The notes beneath the pieces were generated by a model. The model was not told where the DNA came from. It searched no databases and saw only the letters and a list, made by a program, of their open reading frames with translations. Shown here piece after piece: positions 39,995-54,000 of a stretch of 64,000 nt of DNA (its first letter is position 1; each line of letters begins with the position of its first letter). The translations under genes and the position numbers were made by a program. The DNA comes from Strigamia acuminata. Taxonomy: Eukaryota. The stretch covers positions 12,028,001 through 12,092,000 of the forward strand of contig OX442314.1 of assembly GCA_949358305.1 (NCBI GenBank), written 5' to 3'.

Positions 39995-40924
39995 CCGTAT
40001 TTTATCGATTAAGCGCCGCGGCTCTTATTCAAACTGCCATTTTTGTCAGCAATTACAATTTCGGTTTTTCGTTCGTTACATTTGTTTAATGTAACAAACT
40101 TATGCTATGTTCACACTTAAACAACTTTTGTACAAAACCAGCCACTTTTGTAGGAAACCTGTGTTCACACTACCAAAGGTTTTCTAGTTCTTAAAACAAG
40201 ATGGCGGACCTTTCTACAACTCAAGTTGTAGAAAGGTTTTCTTAAACTTGACGTCACAACTGCAATACACGCCCCCATTGTGTCATGTGACTGATTCTAG
40301 GAAAATCCAAAAAATAAAATGGATGCCAATTAAACTTTTAAGGCAACTTTTGGCATTAAAGTAAAGCACTTTCAAATGCATCAAAAAATTAATACAATAC
40401 ATCAAAAGATGGAGAATAAATCGACCTTTCTTTTAAAAAAAGAACGTATTTCTTGCCCTAATGGTTCGTGAAACACGAACGGAAATGTGTTTTGTTCGTT
40501 TCGATAGAGTGGAAATAGATCGCGCACTTTCGTTTCGACCCCAAAATTGTCAACTTTTAATCTGGAAAAAAAATTAAAAAAATGTCGGTTTACTAAAAAA
40601 AAGTAGAAGTTTCTATCTTTAATAGATCATTAGCTACAAGCAACAATGCAAACCCCTAACAATCTGACACTTGTACAAAACTATCCTTAAGTGTGAACAA
40701 TTGATTTCAGATTTGTAGAACTTACACTTGTAGAAAATGATAAGTTCTAGAAAAGTGGTTTAAGTGTGAACATAGCATAAGTCTGAACATCACGAACGAA
40801 GCGTACATTCATCGTTCGTGAGGTTAAATACGGAAACAATACCGTACTTTTGCAAAAATACCGTATTCTTGGTGTCTTAGCCGCGGCTACAATTCGAGGG
40901 CGACTCTTAATCGGTAAAATACGG
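39995..40924. mobile_element. pogo/Tc2-like MITE carrying a nested insertion
   Basis: TIRs (ta)ccgtattttatcgattaag / cttaatcggtaaaatacgg, with subterminal gccgcggct motifs at both ends. Confidence 0.75.
40103..40777. mobile_element. Nested MITE with Harbinger-like TTCACAC termini
   Basis: Perfect IR tgctatgttcacacttaaac / gtttaagtgtgaacatagca, flanked by TA within a reconstructed palindromic target acttaagt. Internal tgttcacact repeats. Confidence 0.8.
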
Positions 40925-42068
40925 TGTATCAATTTTCGAAACCGGATGTGACTGTTAGTCTAGCTATAAAATTTGAAATTTCTACAAACTGGCCTATCAT
41001 CAGAGGGCCAGTGGCAAACTTTAAGAGCAATTTAAGGACAGAATTGAGTAAATTTCCTAAGGACAAACGACTTTCTTCCTTCTCCAGGCGGGTAACGGCG
41101 AAAACGGTTGTGTACTTTGTGGAGTGCAAAATTTAAAATTTTGCCTAGTGCATGAAAATGGCTTTTAGTAGCCATCCTAAAATATTAAAACTCTCGTTAG
41201 GACATCGCAAAGTGTTCGTAACAAGTGTCAATTTGTGTTTATATTTACTTTTTCATTTGTATAAAGAGTTTAAGCTTTTTGACTTTATTGAATCTAATAC
41301 ACCTACATAGTTAAAGCCGTGAAGAATGTTACTTGAAAGGATCATGGCCCTTTTAGTTGGCACTTGGCATTCCACTGATTGCTACAGACATAAAAGGGTC
41401 GAAGGGCTCAGCTGAACAAAGATGAAACTTGATGACCGAGAGGCTTAGTTTCTAAATTTTTCATGAGAAGAGAAATTTTTACTTGTGTACAAGTTTATAT
41501 AAGTTTAAAATGAGTGTAAAACTGAAATTTTCATTTCATTTTATCTGAAAAGTGCTTGAAATGTCTTGTTGCTTGTTGACCAAAATGTCTTGGACAGGTT
41601 GTTAAGGGCTTTGGAGACATGACCAGAAATTGGAATGGTAAAGGAAAAAATAAAATAAAAAAATTTCTCCAATATAGTTTCGTCCCAGTGTCTATTTCGA
41701 AAAGCAGAAGATTGGGAAAAACAAAGTGATCAAACACAGCCTGAGGTAATCATCTAGCATCTCTGCATTTCTCAGACACGTTCATGAAACTCTATGGGGT
41801 TTCTGGCTTTGAGATTTTCCATTACAGTCAAGAATATCTATCTTTTTACTAGTAGTTCACTGCGGAATATTCACACGGAATAGAAGAAGGAATAAACGTT
41901 TTATTTGTTCCACAAATCTACTCTATTTAATTCTAATGGCAATGGTTTTAACAAATTTGAAATATGATTATATTTTGTGTTTTAAACTTTATGTTGGTTG
42001 AATTAAGTGGTTTACACATAAGAAATGGAGATATTTAGTTTTTCAAAAGTGAAAATTGAATGAAATTA

Positions 42069-42230
42069 GTGTTTTATTCGTGAATATGTGGTGAATTTTG
42101 TGTTTTATTCGTGAATATGTGGTGAATTTTGTGTTTTATTCGTGAATATGTGGTGAATTTTGTGTTTTATTCGTGAATATGGGGTGAATTTTGTGTTTTA
42201 TTCGTGAATATGGGGTGAATTTTGTGTTTT
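42069..42230. repeat. 31-bp minisatellite, about 5 copies
   Basis: Unit gtgttttattcgtgaatatgtggtgaatttt. Confidence 0.95.
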
Positions 42231-42805
42231 TTCTTCAAAAGTAGTTGACTGTGGTGTTTTAAACTTAACCAACATACGATAAAATTCATCCTTGCAGCTG
42301 CTAAGTCAGTTTTTACTGTGGTGCAAATTTCGTGTCTTATCTACCAGGAATAAGTCATTTTAATTGAACAAAATTGCTGTCAATCAATACCGGTAAATAA
42401 TTTATTTTTTATTTTTTTGATTTTCTTTGGAAATAACGCTGGTCTTAAGCTTATTCCTGTCTTAACTGTCTATCAGTGGTTTATTCAGTTTTCCCATCTG
42501 CAGTCGGTTCCCGGTTTCTTGATACCAAATTCAAACACTACTGGTAGGCGCATTTGTAGTCTTTTAACGTAAAATTTTACATTTAGACAGGTTTAATAAA
42601 ATATAAACACGTTTACGTTACTTTATGAATGCAGCTGCTAAATTTTTGTGCACGAAAACATGAAAGTCTAAAATTGTTTATTGCACACAAGTGTGTAGTG
42701 CCATTACCGATTATTGTTTCTAAAAATCATGTAGCCGTCGAAAATAATGTGCACGAACAGGGATTTTTCGGTTGGATTTTGGCATCAAAATTCAAGATAA
42801 GATTA

Positions 42806-43653
42806 CAGTTTGCGCCCGGTATCTTGATACTAAATTCGTACTGCGCATCCCATTCTGCGCAGACGATTTTCTAATTCCAGTTGTTATTTAGTAGTAAGTT
42901 ATTAAGCCTAATATTAGGCCTAATAATGCTAAAGCTAAGGTAAATAAATAAAAATATTAGAGAGTTTGCGAGATGCATTTTTCCCTTACAGTTAAAGACT
43001 ATACGGTATAAAAATAGTGTAAGGGAAAAATGATAAATTAAGTTTTTGCAGGCTGCACTTTTCTGTTATCACTACACTATTTCAGCCAACTACTGACAGT
43101 TAGTAACTTTGGGCCTAAAAACTCAATTTGTGGGCGTAAATGTGCAAATGTCTGCATAAAATTCCATTATTATGCCTATAAAGTATGGTTTTGGACCTAA
43201 AATTCAATTTTGGGCTTCACTTATCAATATCATTCAATCTATGTACCTATCACTGTGATGTGTTTGATCGGGACAACAAAATAATCACCATTTGCAATGG
43301 GCGGAGCTAACAATATAGTGTTCTCAATTCTGATTGGCTGTGCTATATTTTAATTTAGTGTTGAAAACGATACACTAAAGATTTTTTCCTTATGATACTG
43401 TATAGCACTAAAATAGTGTATCGTGGAGCAAAATAAGGGAAAAATGCATCCCGCAAACTCTCTATCTCTATTTTGTTACTACGCTGTAAATTACTTTAAT
43501 AATGAGTTTATTGCTGTTTATTTATTTCATTTTAGCATTATTAGGCTTAATATTAGGTTTAATACTGCTAAATAACAACTGGAATTAGAAAATTGTCTGC
43601 GCAGGATGGGCTGCGCAGTACAAATTTAGCTTGAAGATACCGGGCGCGAACTT
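42806..43653. mobile_element. Foldback-like family F element with long inverted arms, containing a nested MITE
   Basis: 42806-42955 and about 43505-43653 are imperfect reverse complements over about 150 bp, flanked by TA. Confidence 0.75.
42959..43463. mobile_element. Pangu/Harbinger-like MITE, second copy (nested)
   Basis: Same TIRs and interior as 37404-37895, preceded by att. Confidence 0.85.
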
Positions 43654-45029
43654 TAGTGTGGGTTCAATTTAACCTAGCGGTCAGGCCACACCTTATAATG
43701 CAGCAAAAGGCTGGTTTTGCTGGCAGTCAGGTGATCATCTAGAGCCAATTGAATTGCAGCCTCAGGTGACACACAGACACGCACAGACAGATATCGATAT
43801 ATTTTGGTTTTTGGTTGGAGTGATTAGACTAGGTTTTATTATTATAAAAAGAAATTACCATCATAACTGAAACCAGTACTGTCTCTTTCAATTAAAAACA
43901 GAAAATTCCTGATTATATCTGCTTCAATGAAATATTGCAACTTTATTATTGTGAATTTAAATGAATTCCAAGGGAAAAGAAGTGGGGAATTCAGAAGACC
44001 AACTAAATTTAGATGCGATGTAAACTGGAATTTTTTTAAAAACAAAAAACGTATTAGCTAGTTAAGACTTTACTTTCCCATTATCAAACTTCCTGACAGT
44101 TCAGTGTTGGCTAATGTGTGTGGTAAGTGGGTTGATTGATTCAACAAATCAAGGAGAAGTAGAAAAAAATGTGTGCTTTTAGATCGACATGAAATGTGCT
44201 TTGTCAGATCAGTCGCAGCAACTAAAACATGCCGGGTAATCAAAGACGTGAAATGTGTACCCAAAGATCCAAACAACGAATGACACATGACTTTTGGAAG
44301 GCACCTTTCCTTTTGCAGCAACTTTGCATTTGCTACTTTACTGCTATTTACGACAGGCAACAAAAATGCAAATGACCATTTGCAATTACCCCACTTGAAA
44401 GGCATTTAGTCAAGGAATTTAAGCTGCTCTCATTCGTTAATGTTCTTTAAAAGTCATTAAATAACATTAAAGGCATTTCTAAAATTCGTCCGAATGTTGG
44501 TTGCATTTGTATGCAGTCCAGTTGTGTGGACACAGTCGTCCAAAAGGGTATTCAAAATCCGTTTTCTACTTCCCACTAAGAATCTAAATTTTGTGTTTGG
44601 ATTTAAGCTTTAAAATGTCGATCACTTGACCTCAGACTAGGCGCGTTCAATAATGAATTAACACAAGATGAGAATCCCCATGTGGTTCAAAAATGTATTT
44701 TACAACACTTAATGCATTCGAAAATGTATGGCAGTTTGCGGAATTAAAACATTCCAAGAAAAGTGCTTTATTTTGCTGACATTCTAAGTACTACTGCAAA
44801 AAGTCATGAATTGTTATTAATTTAACTGATATTTTAAATGATATTTAACAAATAAAATTATGAAAAAGTCAAAAAATACAAACACAAAAACCAAGATCAA
44901 GAATTTTTCACGTTTTATTTTTTTCGTAATTTTATCTGTTATTGTGTCGAAGTAAATTTGATGAGCAGTTTTCTACTAAACTGAAGGTGTTCTTTCTTTT
45001 TTCAATTGAGAATTTTGCTCTACCAGTCT

Positions 45030-45200
45030 TAGTTTAGAAGTTAGAGTTGGAATGACCTTGAAGAAAAGGTCAGAGGTCAAATTTTTTCACATTTTTTAAA
45101 TATCCTCACTTAGTTTACTAGTATTACATTTGTTTCATTCATCTCACTCAAATGGTCTTTTCGTTATTTGACTGGCTTCGTTCATTTGGGACACCCTGTA
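45030..45200. mobile_element. Tc1/mariner-like MITE end
   Basis: Terminus tttgggacaccctg|ta (reverse complement TA|CAGGGTGTCCC) and an internal tgaccttg...aaggtca motif. The other end was not located. Confidence 0.45.
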
Positions 45201-45676
45201 TAATACAATTGAAGAAATGCGTTTTGTAAGTGCATTCATATTTGACAAATAATAGTTATGGGTTATGCATTTCTTAATAAATTTTATAAAATGTTTTATT
45301 ATATGCAGGAATGTATTTCTAAATGCATTCTTCGTGAAACCCAAAATACGTTGCAATACAGTGCAGTATGATTTTGTTTCCGCGAGATGGTATTTTCGAA
45401 TATAACTGTTAGTTTTACGTTGTTGTTATGTTTGAAAACGTGTGTATTGCGCGCGCTCATGTATTGTTGTGATTTTCGAACACAGTTCGACTCGTGTACT
45501 TCATAGAGTAAACACTTCTTTTATGTTGAACCGATCCACGAGATTCTCATGTCCAAAAAATCACCTGTCAACACGATGAAACTCCTGGCATGGCCCTTAA
45601 AGACGCTACTTTTATCGTGCCACAAGGGTCAACACAGGATTTTACACGATGTTCTCGTGCTAAATCTCGTAACACG

Positions 45677-45924
45677 CAGGAGCGGATTTATAGGTTCTTG
45701 CGAGGTTAACTAGGGGTCTCGAAATGTGTATTCTACAGTAAATGTTTACAAAATTGTAGAATTAGGGCCTCGAAGGTGTGAATTTTAGGTTATCGTAGAA
45801 GAAAGGCCCCTGAAACTATAGGGGCCCCCAAATATAAAAAAAAAATATTTTTCAAAAAATATTTTTCAATTAGGGCCCCAAAAGAGCCTATGAGAAAGGC
45901 CCTCAGACCGTAAATCCATCTTTG
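45677..45924. mobile_element. hAT-like MITE (family of 50877-51057)
   Basis: caggagcggatttataggttct ... agaccgtaaatccatctttg, with repeated ggcccc motifs. Confidence 0.6.
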
Positions 45925-48900
45925 GGGCCCCGAAGTCACACTGGACTTAGACTACAAGTGCTTTAAATGCGCCATTCTTGCAGTTCTTGGAGAAGAAAAA
46001 ATTTTTTAAATTATTTTTTTAATTAGCGCCCCAAGAATGTTCAGAGAAGGGCCCCTAGACCAGAAAGCCTTGTTTTTTTGCACACGAAAACTCTGGTGTT
46101 GTGTTAATTCTAGTGTTTTATTTGGGCGTTGGGAATAACATTTTTGTATTAAATTTTTTTTCAATCCACTTATACCAAAGATTCCACAGGAAATAAGACG
46201 ACATAATTCAGTTTCTGGTGTTAACTTCCGGTTCAATTGTCTCGAATTCACCCGAGGAAATTGAATAAGACAAATTTCCTCTATTCAGTTGCAAATCTTT
46301 CCACTCCATTTGCTATGCCCAAAAAAAGTTGAAATGCAGCGAGCAAAACTTGAGTCAAAACCCCTCGTTGCCAAGGTAACCAGCCTGAGATTGCACGAAA
46401 AGCGAGTCGAGGACAAACTGCGATAGACTTCCCTTGTTTGACGATATTAGATAAGAAAGCAAGCAACATCTGAGTAAAACCAAATCCTCCGCCTCAGGAC
46501 TGGCAATCTAGAGTGATGTGCCTCACTCACGAGAGCCCTAATATCAAGGTGAGATTGCCACCGACACCTCTCTCGCGTGTGAAAGCAACAACGGCTTAAC
46601 TTCAGTCGTCTCTCTTTTGGCTCCTCTTTATTTTCTTTTTGGCTTAAACGCCTGGATTTTTGCGAGTTGTGTAAACCGCTGCTCGTGCTCACGCGCTCTC
46701 TCTCTCTCTCTCGGTAGCGATGGAAAATGTCCACCAATCTATCGTTGAGACCAAGACGATAGCCAGACTGGGGGTAGATGAGGAGCGAAGGAAGCTTGAT
46801 GGTGATGGTGATAATGGGATGCGCCGTGCGGAGTAAACAGGGATAATGTGCGAGTTTGAATTTTTGATTGAATTCGAAATCGGTTTGGAGATTAATTTTT
46901 TATGGTTGGATCGGTTGGCGTATTTAATATTCGGATGGGGTTTTGTTTTTTGGCGTTAAAATTGATTTATTTTATGGGTTTTTTAATATTTTTGTGCGTG
47001 TATATTTTTTAATCATCGTTTTTTGACAAACAAACAATTTCTAACCCATTTAATAAGAGTCCGTAATGGCAGAGAGACCGATGGTTGGACGAGTGCCAAG
47101 CAGCTTTTCTTTGTGTTCTGGACTAATTCCGCTCGAGTGAAAAAAATCTCGGTTTGTTTTCTTTCAAATTGTATTATTCTAGGTCTATCTTTCTTTTTTT
47201 TTTTTTTTTGAAAGGGTTTAAACTTTTTACACTTGTTTATTTTGTGATTCGAATCTGACTCATTCATTCTCTTGATTAACTCTTTATTTTACTTTTTATT
47301 TACTATTGGAAAGGATGATGTTTATCCGGTAGATTTGTGAGGTTTGGATAACGTTGATTGAAAGAATTAATTAAGTGATCGTTGCAGTAGGCGCATTCGT
47401 CAAGTAATTTAGAGTAAACGGAATTTTAAACTGCTTTTCTCGGTATAGCTTGAAAAATGGCGGCCGATTTTGTCTGTTTTCAGTCGCAGTGGGCATGCGC
47501 ACGACATTTAAACAACAAAACATGTTTTTTCTCTATTATTTTGTTTTGTTTCTAAATTAAAAATTAAAATTGAAAAAGATAAATCGAGGTTAGGATATGA
47601 TCCAGCAATGAAAATAAAACAGAGTGATACAACAATCTTAATGACATCAACCGCAACCACAAGATGGTGGAAGGGAAACACCGGACAATAATTATAAATA
47701 AACAGACGGTTTGCAAGGTTCTGTGTTTATTTTTTTTTAATATAAATTATCACTTTTTGTCACATAAATAAAACCTCAAATTCGTTTCTGCCTGATGCGC
47801 ATGTTGACCAGAATAACCACGATTTGCGCACGATTGCCCGTCTTGTAAGTAATATAGTCGAAAAGCTATTACAATTAGGGGGGGGGGTACATTTCTCGAC
47901 TACAAAATTGTGCTTTTTTGGATTTATTTATTTATTTATTGTTTAAATACATTGAAAATATAGTAATAACAATATTTTATTGTAATAATATCAGAAATAA
48001 ATTGTCATTTCTGTAACAATCACAGAAGTTATTTTATGTAACAATGGAGAGGTGGACCTATCATTATTGGACGCACCTTAAAATGGTGTGGTGAAATGCA
48101 ATAATAAGTTAATCAGACAAATTTTCCAATTTTGGATTCCAGTCACCTCAAAAAACGTACACTTTATGCATTTTTTCTTCCCTGCACACTAAATTCTCCC
48201 TCTTTTTTTCACAGATAAACAAGATAAACTGTAAAACTGTTTAAAACGCTCAACTGATTTATAACTGATTTATACAATACAGTTGCACATGTACTCTTAC
48301 CACTTATCGATCGATCCGAGGTTCAAATTCAAGATGACGACGACAATAAACAAAATGTAAGAAAACTGTTTATTGAAAAAGCCTTTTATCGAAAAGTGGC
48401 ACAAAATGCATCAACCTTTTGTGGCCGTAACACGAAATAAGCGAATGATTTCAACTAAAAGCTTCGAGCCACTAACCAAACCAATGTCACAAATTTGTTT
48501 ACTCTCGCAGTGTTTTTCTCTTGGACGAGGACGATCCTTCTCATTGGGAGATAAAATTTTGTTTGCACCACTTTTTAATCGATAGTAGATGAACTTTTTC
48601 TTTGTTTGGTCTTCTCTTTCGTGAGGCCGGCTTTTAGTGGAAAGTAATAAGGATCAATCAGAAAGAGTGATCGCCAATTGCTCTTGCAGCTCCCATTAAT
48701 TGGCTGCAGAAGGGAGAAAAGCGGAGGTAAAGCAGCAGCAGAAATGTGAAATTAAACATGTTGCACTAGGTCTTGTGAATGTATGAGTAAATCATCGAGT
48801 GAGGCTACTTTATCCCATTCAGGCTGGTAATTTATCAAGTAATGTTCTGCGCTTAGTACATGATAGCAATGAAGGAGGAGAAGGAAAAAAGCAACTCAAT

Positions 48901-50876
48901 AGGTCTGCAGAAGAACATTAAATTAAATCATGTGAATCGTGCGCTGTCTGGAAGAAGAAAAATAGCAATGGAGAAAGAAACTTAACTGGTAAACACGTTA
49001 ACATTCCTAACTTCTTTTGCTGTGGAAAATGGATAAGCTAAAGATGTGGCAACTCGAAATTGTATTTAGAATAATTAAAAGTCACCTTAGAGTTCGGATG
49101 TTAAAGGATTGAAACTGAAAGCGCACGTACGCAATAGTTTACATTGGAACAGTGATTAATTTTTATTCTGAAATTTCATGTATTTTCATTTAACATCGTA
49201 ACTAACAATAAAAAAAATAATAGATTTAAAAATCGCAAAAAAATTTTTTTTTACAAAATTTCTTTGTTTACTCACTATTTTTGAATACTATGTCAATTAT
49301 TTTTGTCGCTCTCTTTTGACAAATACCGAATTGCTGAAATTTCTTCATAAACATGAAATACTCGGAGAATAAAATCATTTTTTCACTGCTTTTTGGAAAT
49401 TTTTTTTCGGCTTGGGGTCAAAAATGACCCGGGTTGGGTGAGTAAGGGATTTTTTTTAGGTTGGAACTGCGAGGGATATTACTAAAAATTCTTTAATTTC
49501 AATTTAAATATTATTTTTATAATTCCCTGATTTATTTTCATGGGAATCCCTGAATTAATTTTATGGGGTTTCCCGATTTACCACACACAGTATCATACAT
49601 AAGTTGGTAAGAAACACTTCAATTTTTGGTCGACCTTACCCAAATGGTTAAAAAATACATTTAAATTATATTGCATATGTTGAAATATATTTTGAAATGC
49701 ATTGGGTTTTACGAGAATGAATATTGTAATACATTTTCTATTGGCTTGCAAATGATAATACATTTTGTAAATTGGAATTTACGGCATCAAGACTTCATGT
49801 GCGATATTTCTATTGATTTTACGTTACTTAAATATTATAATGTAATTAATGTACAAGGTGTAATTAATACACATTTGTTGAAGCTTTAGGACCTCGTGAT
49901 AACTAAATCCGGCTTTGATGGAGGATATTCGAGCAGTTTTCAACTTTATGAAATAATTATTTTCAACGGTCTCAATTCACTTCTTTACAGCGCTTCCCTT
50001 GTGACTATCTTGTGGCTCAAGTTTTGAAGCGAAAGCAGACCAAATCGATTGACTTCGCTTAATCCCACAGTCTTGAGTCTTGACTCACTTTGACTTCCCC
50101 ACAGGCAGTGGTGTAAGTTACAGCAATCATTATCAAGTTACTTGATTTAACCAATCACATGCATAATCATCTTGCCCCGAATGTGCTTAACGATGTTGTG
50201 GATATTATATTCAGCCAGCAACACGGAGCACTTCTTTCTACACGGTGATACAAAACGTCTAAAATGTTGATTTTAGCAGATCATTTGGCAGTTAGTTGTA
50301 TTTTGTTGAAGGAGAGCTTTGTTTTTATTGGTTATAGGCTATATGAAGGTCCAGGGGGAAGTCAAGGATACAGAATGTGTGAAATTTGTTTATTTTTAGT
50401 CATTAATTCTTTGCTATCGGTTCAAAAAGTTTTAGCCATTGGTCTACATCTGAGTATTGAATGATGATTCTCATTTTAGTTTTTTTTTATTGATTCCTAT
50501 GGGAAATTTCCTGTTCACAAAGCTAGGTTAGATGTCCGAGAGGGTTGGAAGATTTATTACTTTCACTTTAAATTTTTTTTTTTAAATGGCAATTCTAACG
50601 GTTTATCTTTGCTAAACTATCGAATGAGAAGGAAAATGTTAATAGTTTCTTCCTTTTAGCTTCACTTTTATATGATTGGGGACCGGGAGTCTTAGCTATA
50701 ATGCACATTTATTAAATCGTAAACATACGTGCAATATAAAAGAAAAATAAATTTAAAAAAACTATTTAAGTGGACAAACTGGGTTTTCTTTGCACTTGCT
50801 ATTGCGTGTAGGTATAATCCTTCAAATTTTGGAGTTGTATTTCCGTGTTTCGCAATAAAAGTTGTTTACACACCCA

Positions 50877-51057
50877 CGCGAGCGGATTTATAGGTTCTCA
50901 CAGGCGAAGGGCCACTTCCGGCTGTGGGGGTTCCCGATTTTCAAAAAAAAAAAATTTTAAAAAAATGCAAAAACATTTTTTTTTGAAATTTTTTCTATCT
51001 ATGAGGTCCCCAAAAAAGTCTGTGAGCAGAGCCCACGAGACCATAAATCCGCTTTCA
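50877..51057. mobile_element. hAT-like MITE with 8-bp TSD
   Basis: Degenerate TIRs around agcggatttat / ataaatccgct, flanked by the direct repeat cacaccca (50869-50876 and 51058-51065). Confidence 0.7.
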
Positions 51058-54000
51058 CACACCCATCAGTAAGCAACAAAAATAACAGAATTTGAACATG
51101 CTACCCCCTGCACTTCAACAACAACGAAACGATGTACAAGACGATTTCAAAATGACATAACTGTAATGCTAACGATAACTGAAATTATAAAGTATAAGTA
51201 ATGATGACGAGCCATAACGAGTTATTTTAGGAACTAAATAATGATAACAAGTAACTAAATTTGTAGCCAATTGCGGATAATTCGAATCACCGGGCAGTGC
51301 CGGATAAAACAAGCCTCAATTTTCCAGCAGGAATTCGACTTTTATGGGAGGCTATAAAAAGGATCGGCCATTTAGATCCTCAGACCTGGTCAAAGCCCTC
51401 CAAAGTGGGGAAATACCACGAGTAATATATTTAACTTGCAATAAACAGATGCAAAAATCATTCTGGATCAACTTTTTCTTCCTGAAAGCCTTTCGAGGCT
51501 CACATTACTTCGTTTGTAGCGATTGCTGGACAGAATTTCGGTCAAAAATCAAGGAAATTGAATAGTTTTTGTCGGGAAATTTATGTCGTTTTTATTTGTA
51601 ACTTATACGGTAATAAACCCGTCAAGGAAAAGTGATGTCAAGATTTACAATTTGTCTAAACACTTTCCAAATTGCTTTTCCGTGTTATTCCTACGGAATG
51701 AAAATATGAAATATCTTAATTAATCGCTCGAGTTTGGGCAGAAACGACAGAAAACAGAAACATCGTAATTGTATCAATACCAACTGTTTGCAGCTCAATT
51801 TTGCATAGACAAATGGCCGTAATTGCAATTGGTGAAAGAGTTTTCATTGCCGACCGACTCCCGTTGGGCCTCATTAATTTTTCGGTTCGCATGCCTGAAC
51901 GGCACAAGTTGCTTAAGTGAAAAGTTGAACGAATGGACGAGCTCTTCGGCAACCATAAAGCGCTCTTTAGTTGTTTCCACGCCTATCCCCTCGACGACTT
52001 TGCTCCTTGTTTACATGACTAACGCGGTTTGAATCGATTCTAACGTATACTTCTGTTCTTTATGTCTTTATTTTGTTTTTCTTCGCAAATAAATGCGAAG
52101 TAGCCGTTCGCGAGCCGGATACTTTCACTTGTTGTAAATGATTCTTGTCCTGCAGTAAAGGAGCATCAGGCTTGTTAAATATACACTCATTGCCGTTTCT
52201 CTTCCTCTCTGACAAGCCATTTTAGGAAATGGCCAATTGATGTGATGGCGTGGGTGGTTTAACAGCTCTTTTAATTGCCACTGGTTCAGCCCAAAGTGAC
52301 TTCGATGCACTGCTTCAGCTATGAGGTGCGAAATTTCGGATTCATTCAAGCTTTTTTATATTTTGTTTTATGTTTGATGGATTGGTGAGTTGTTTGAGCC
52401 AAGATTTTATTTTATTTTCATTTTTATTTTCATTTTTGTTCCGTATAGCGACACGCCGATGAAAGTCATGAATTGAATGCAGTTTTGGGAGATTTTACTT
52501 TTTCATGGGTTTTGTATCACTTTTTGTGGAGTTTTATGGTTTTGTTCTTTAAAATGAATTTAATGGAGGGAAAAATTAATCTAAATTTGATATTATAGTT
52601 TTTATATTCACTTGCAAGGAGAATGCGAGCATCGGACATCCAATTTCATCTTTTTTTTCCTCACAAAGAAATACATTTACATTTCTGCTTCTAATCAACC
52701 ATTTGCAATATCAGGCAATTACACTTGGCGCGTTCATAGACGAAACAGCATTTTTAAACTCGTGTTTAAACTGTTTTACAAAGGATCGTTTCGATGGCGG
52801 TTTAGACTCTGTTTCAGTTGCAGTGTTCATGCGCACAACATTGAAAAAGATTTCAACAACAAAACATATTTAAATACTTGTTATACCACGTTTATAAATA
52901 GGATTTGGATCTCTTCCGATGTTGTAGACGTAGATCCATTATTGGCGTGAACACTGATCTAGATCCAACAACTCCATTCATCAATCGAGTTCCCACAACA
53001 GACTGTGCGGGCACGAGTCTAAATTTATCCGTTGAAAGAACACGTAGCAATTTGTTGTTCACTGGTCATGTTGATTTGCTGGTTGAATGAACTTTGGAAT
53101 GAACACAATAGAATCCAGTTGGATCTAAATTGGCTGGATCTAGATTAGACTTTGACCGATATCGATATTTTGCAGTATCGCCAATACCGATAATCGGCAA
53201 CCGAATATCGGCCGATACCGTTACCTGCGCCGATATTAAAATTAAAATGTCCGATGTGGATACAAATACAAATAAATAAATAAATGAACCGAGTCGGTGC
53301 AATTTACGATGATATTAATTCGTATTTTTGTGTGTTTAGATCGTTTTTATTCATTTGTTTAGATAACGATGCGCCCTTGCGAGGGATTCGATAATTAATA
53401 ACTATGCCTAACGTGCATGTTTGTAATTTTTAATTTTCTTTTGTTACGTTTTACTACAAAAAGGTCCCTCATCTTCAGGGGGCCAATTAAAGAAAGCAGC
53501 ATCTTGCGGAATCCCTAAAGGGATATTTCGCCTTTTTTGTGTCGGGTTAATGGAAAAAGGGAATTGTTCGGTGGTGAACAAGGGGAGGAGGGAAAAAAGG
53601 AGATGTGGGAGGATATGTAAGGACGGTTTAATTCCTTCGAGTCTCGTTTTGGTACGAGTCCAATACCACATGACTGATTACCTTCTTACATTTATTGCAG
53701 AAGCACCATTCGTCAGAGGTGAGTCTTCGCTATCGGCCCATTGCTCTCCCATGACAACGACTGACATGCGCAGGTAAGAAATCAACTTCTTCTATTGTGT
53801 GCATTAAAAGATTACGGCGAGCGCGTCGACTAAACTGTGGCAGACGCCAGAGATTCATTTGTCAAGAGACAAATTATGCTCAAATTGTATTATTTTTTAT
53901 TTTTATTTTTATTTTTATTTATCTTTTTTTTTTTTTTTTTAGTTTATGTTGATTTTGTATGTTAAAAACAGGCTTATTGTTTGTGGTTAGGGAACCACGG

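Noticed and set aside
16362..42230. 21-31 bp repeat arrays as possible CRISPR loci
   Set aside because: They are head-to-tail units without unique spacers, there are no cas genes, and the context is eukaryotic.
49410..49450. piggyBac-like MITE end (ggggtcaaaaatgaccc...aagggat)
   Set aside because: No TTAA at the terminus and no matching left TIR found.
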